Positions 60,812-64,000 of a stretch of 64,000 nt of DNA are shown here, piece after piece; position 1 is the first letter of the stretch, and each line of letters opens with the position of its first letter. Origin of the DNA: an uncultured Acidobacteriota bacterium (GTDB lineage Bacteria > Acidobacteriota > Terriglobia > Terriglobales > Acidobacteriaceae); contig CAVTLV010000001.1 in the NCBI GenBank assembly GCA_963735695.1, positions 855,458 through 919,457 on the forward strand. Direction: 5' to 3'. Under the pieces are notes generated by a model. That model ran no database searches. It was given only the letters and a program-made list of their open reading frames with translations, and was not told the origin of the DNA. Position numbers and translations under genes: made by a program.

Positions 60812-63800
60812 CGATGCAACCACATGCGCAAGGCAGAGAGTAATTGTTCCGTGTTTACGGGCTTAGCCAAATACTCTGAGGCGCCCGCTTCCAGACATTT
60901 CTCGCGGTCACCCTTCATGGCCTTGGCGGTCAATGCGATGATTGGCAGCCGCCGGAATAAAGGGTTCTGACGAATTACCTGCATGGTCGCGTACCCATCC
61001 ATTTCAGGCATCATGATGTCCATGAGAACGATCGCCACATCCGGAGTCGACTCCAGCATCGAGATCGCTTCTCTACCTGTTCCAGCGGTCAGCACTGCCA
61101 TCCCGCGACGCTCAAGCACGCTGCTGAGCGCAAAGATGTTTCGCATATCGTCATCGACAACAAGGACCTTCTTACCAACGAGCGCCTCATCTGATCGATG
61201 GAGGCGATCAAGCATCTTCTGCTTTTCCTCTGGAAGATCAACAACCACACGATGCAGGAAGAGGGCGGTCTCATCAAGCAGCCTCTCGGGAGACTCCACT
61301 CCTTTCACTACCACACTGCGGGCAAGAGTGTGCAGTCGCGCGTCTTCCTCAGGCGATAACTCTTTGCCCGTGAAGACGACGACGGGCAAGTCCCGGACGC
61401 TGGGCATGTCCCGCATGCGTTCCAGGATGTCGAAGCCGCTCATATCAGGAAGGCGCAAGTCGAGCACTGCGCAGTCAAAAGACTCTTCCCCTACCAGCTT
61501 CAATGACTCGGCTCCCGTGGCAGCCACAATTACATCAATGTCGTCGTAACCCAGAAGTTCTCGGATACTGAGCTGCTCTGCGGGATTGTCTTCGACGATT
61601 AGCAAGCGCTTGCGACGTGGCGAGGCATATTCTTTGATGCGGGTTAGGGCTGACGCGAGCTCGTTCGCATTGGTGGGCTTGGTTACGAACGCGAAGGCAC
61701 CACGGGCGAGGCCGTGCTGGCGATCTTCGTCCAAGGTGAGCATCTGCACCGGTATATGCCGCGTCGCTGGATCCTGTTTGAGATGGTTCAGCACGGTCCA
61801 GCCCAGCATGTCGGGAAGGAAAACGTCCAACGAGACGGCACTGGGGTGAAATTCGCGGGCAAGCGCAAGGGCCTGCGCGCCACGCAGAGCCACTAGTACT
61901 TTGAAACCCTTGTCCCGTGCCAGGTCGCATAGCACACGAGCATAGTGTGGATCGTCCTCCACGATCAGAAGCACAGCATCATCGGCCTGCAAGTTGTCGC
62001 GATCGTCATCGATTTCCTCTACTGGATGCTCAGTCACGACCATATTCGACAATTTGAGAGGAGCGGCTGGTGCCTTCCAGTCGGCGGGCGTTAGCTTCGA
62101 GGCCGACGGCCCGACATAGGTGAGTGGCAGATAGAGCGTGAAAGTGCTGCCCTCACCCGGGGTACTACGAAGCTGGATTTCACCTCCCAGAAGGCTAGCC
62201 AACTCACGGCTGATGGCCAGGCCAAGCCCCGTTCCGCCGTACTTGCGGCTGGTGCTGGCGTCCGCCTGTTGGAAAGCTTCGAAGATGATGCGCTGCTTGT
62301 CGGGGGCAATTCCTATGCCAGAGTCAGTCACCTCGAAGGCCACCACAGATGCGGCGCCGCTGAGAATCGGATGATCTTCGCTCCAGCGCTTGTCGGCGAT
62401 GGAGACACAGAGCCGGACAGAACCGTGTTCCGTAAATTTGAATGCATTGGACAACAGGTTCTTAAGTACCTGTTGTAGCCGCTTTGAGTCCGTCACCAGA
62501 CTGCGTGGAAGATGCGAATCCGGGGTCACCTCGAAGGTAAGTTTGCGATTTTCCGCCTCGTGCCGGAATGGCCGTGCCACCATCTCCAGCAAGTTAGTAA
62601 AGAAGACTTCCTCGGCCTCAACAGACACCGTCCCAGACTCGATCTTGGATAGATCGAGAATATCGCTGATGAGATTGAGCAAATCCGTCCCGGCAGCGTG
62701 GATCGTGCGCGCGAACTCCACCTGCTTAGCTGTCAGATTGTGATCTGGGTTCTCGCTGAGTTGCTGCCCGAGCACCAGAATCGAGTTCAGCGGTGTCCGC
62801 AACTCGTGTGACATGTTGGCGAGGAACTCAGATTTGTATTTGGAAGTCAGGGCAAGTTCTTTTGCTTTCTCTTCCAAAGCACGTCGAGCCTGCTCGATTT
62901 CCTGATTCTTGCGTTCGACTTCCACGTTCTGTTCCGCAAGCTGTTGCGCCTTTTGAGCGAGCTGCTCGTTGGTCTGCTGCAATTCCTTTTGCTGAGTTTG
63001 CAGTTCCGCCGCCAATTGCTGCGATTGTTTGAGAAGACCCTCGGTCTGCATCGTGGCTTCGATACTGTTCAATACAATGCCAATGCTGGCCGTCAATTGC
63101 TCCAGAAACGCCAGGTGCGAAGCGGTAAAGGAGCTAAGAGACGCCAGTTCGATGACTGCCTTGACGCGATCTTCGAACAAGACCGGCAGTACGATCACGT
63201 TTCTCGGAACCGAGGCAAAAAGACCTGAACGAATCGGAACTGTCTTATCAGGCAGATCTGTGATCAACATCCGCCGTTTTTCTGACGCAACTTGTCCGAC
63301 CAGCCCGTCGCCAATCTTCAACTGCCGAAGATGGCCGTTTTCGCCATCGTCGGCGAACGCTGACAACAAGACCAGGCCAGCCGATTCTTCTGTTTCCATC
63401 TGATAAATCACGCCCTGTTGCGCGTTCACGAGCGGAGCAAGTTCGGAGAGCAACATGCGGCCCACGGTAGCCAGATCACGCTGCCCTTGAAGCATGCCGG
63501 TGAAGCGCGCCAGGTTCGTCTTCAGCCAGTCTTGCTCGGTGTTGCGATCCGTAGTGAGTCGCAGGTTGTCGATCATCGTGTTGATGTTGTCTTTCAATTC
63601 TGCGACTTCGCCGCTGGCTTCGACCTGAATGGATCTGGTCAAATCGCCCTTGGTGACGGCCGTTGCGACTTCCGCGATGGCTCGGACCTGGTTCGTCAGG
63701 TTGTCGGCCAACAGGTTCACGTTACCGGTGAGGTCCTTCCATGTACCTGCGGCGCCCGGCACGTTGGCCTGACCGCCAAGTCTTCCTTCCACACCGACTT

Positions 63801-64000
63801 CGCGGGCGACGGTGGTCACCTGGTCGGCAAACGTGGCAAGCGTGCCCGTCATGTTGTTGATGGTTTCGGCCAAAGCTGCAATCTCGCCCTTGGCATTCAC
63901 GGTCAACTTCTGCCCAAGGTCGCCGTTGGCAACGGCAGTAACGACTTTGGCGATGCCGCGCACCTGTTCGGTGAGGTTTACAGCCATGACGTTGACGTTG
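60808..64000 (-). CDS. hybrid sensor histidine kinase: poly-HAMP + GAF + HisKA + HATPase_c + three receiver domains; the 5' end lies outside the window
   Basis: Repeated HAMP units read N.MT..L...VR.IA.V.TAV..GDL. The H-box is [15 protein letters not shown]. The G-box is [14 protein letters not shown]. There are three D-containing receivers ([35 protein letters not shown]). The frame stays open upstream of ATG 63987 to the window edge. Confidence 0.85.
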   Translation of the reverse strand, partial: NVNVMAVNLTEQVRGIAKVVTAVANGDLGQKLTVNAKGEIAALAETINNMTGTLATFADQVTTVAREVGVEGRLGGQANVPGAAGTWKDLTGNVNLLADNLTNQVRAIAEVATAVTKGDLTRSIQVEASGEVAELKDNINTMIDNLRLTTDRNTEQDWLKTNLARFTGMLQGQRDLATVGRMLLSELAPLVNAQQGVIYQMETEESAGLVLLSAFADDGENGHLRQLKIGDGLVGQVASEKRRMLITDLPDKTVPIRSGLFASVPRNVIVLPVLFEDRVKAVIELASLSSFTASHLAFLEQLTASIGIVLNSIEATMQTEGLLKQSQQLAAELQTQQKELQQTNEQLAQKAQQLAEQNVEVERKNQEIEQARRALEEKAKELALTSKYKSEFLANMSHELRTPLNSILVLGQQLSENPDHNLTAKQVEFARTIHAAGTDLLNLISDILDLSKIESGTVSVEAEEVFFTNLLEMVARPFRHEAENRKLTFEVTPDSHLPRSLVTDSKRLQQVLKNLLSNAFKFTEHGSVRLCVSIADKRWSEDHPILSGAASVVAFEVTDSGIGIAPDKQRIIFEAFQQADASTSRKYGGTGLGLAISRELASLLGGEIQLRSTPGEGSTFTLYLPLTYVGPSASKLTPADWKAPAAPLKLSNMVVTEHPVEEIDDDRDNLQADDAVLLIVEDDPHYARVLCDLARDKGFKVLVALRGAQALALAREFHPSAVSLDVFLPDMLGWTVLNHLKQDPATRHIPVQMLTLDEDRQHGLARGAFAFVTKPTNANELASALTRIKEYASPRRKRLLIVEDNPAEQLSIRELLGYDDIDVIVAATGAESLKLVGEESFDCAVLDLRLPDMSGFDILERMRDMPSVRDLPVVVFTGKELSPEEDARLHTLARSVVVKGVESPERLLDETALFLHRVVVDLPEEKQKMLDRLHRSDEALVGKKVLVVDDDMRNIFALSSVLERRGMAVLTAGTGREAISMLESTPDVAIVLMDIMMPEMDGYATMQVIRQNPLFRRLPIIALTAKAMKGDREKCLEAGASEYLAKPVNTEQLLSALRMWLHR

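Noticed and set aside
1-64000. Search for CRISPR arrays, tandem repeats, IS elements, integrases, prophage genes, and rRNA or tRNA genes
   Set aside because: I recognised no direct-repeat/spacer periodicity, no transposase, integrase or phage-like ORFs, and no rRNA or tRNA signatures on either strand. This was an eye scan only, so small ncRNAs could be missed.

Overview
This is a gene-dense chromosomal segment with about 55 protein genes and no rRNA, tRNA, CRISPR array, transposase or integrase that I could recognise. All family names come from motifs read by eye in the translations; no homology search was run. Gene content suggests Acidobacteriota, by inference only: a VWFA-related Acidobacterial-type domain, DUF5818-like small secreted proteins, many TPR and ECF-sigma genes, and multi-receiver hybrid kinases.

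Layout, left to right:
- 1-629: partial S53 peptidase.
- 910-5762: ECF sigma, zf-HC2 anti-sigma, an unknown protein and a TPR-CHAT protease, as one operon. An orphan sigma region-4 fragment lies beside it.
- 6826-9513: alpha-glucan phosphorylase with an N-terminal GAF domain.
- 9897-12026: secreted beta-propeller protein.
- 12040-16135: compact RiPP-like cluster.
- 16103-23330: LacI-controlled sugar locus with two MFS transporters and a large clan GH-A hydrolase.
- 23534-27806: island of small stress and secreted proteins.
- 27974-31878: four NarL-type receiver proteins around a VWFA gene.
- 32137-53167: large envelope or exopolysaccharide-type region. It holds a GT-C-like membrane protein, GH99-like hydrolases, a 1385-aa TPR plus beta-barrel protein, a flippase fusion, a GT4 and a Tmk-like P-loop protein.
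- 53766-57139: STAS, a degenerate NTase-LbH protein, an ECF sigma and TonB.
- 57329-58897: tiny membrane proteins and a SYLF protein.
- 59150-64000: two coupled sensor kinases.

The strongest candidate for an undescribed system is the 12040-16135 cluster. It encodes a 54-aa precursor-like ORF, an ER-type S26 peptidase, an HprK-like kinase, PqqD, a radical SAM/SPASM enzyme and a PF14907-like nucleotidyltransferase. This resembles the accessory gene set of lasso-peptide clusters, but without a lasso cyclase.
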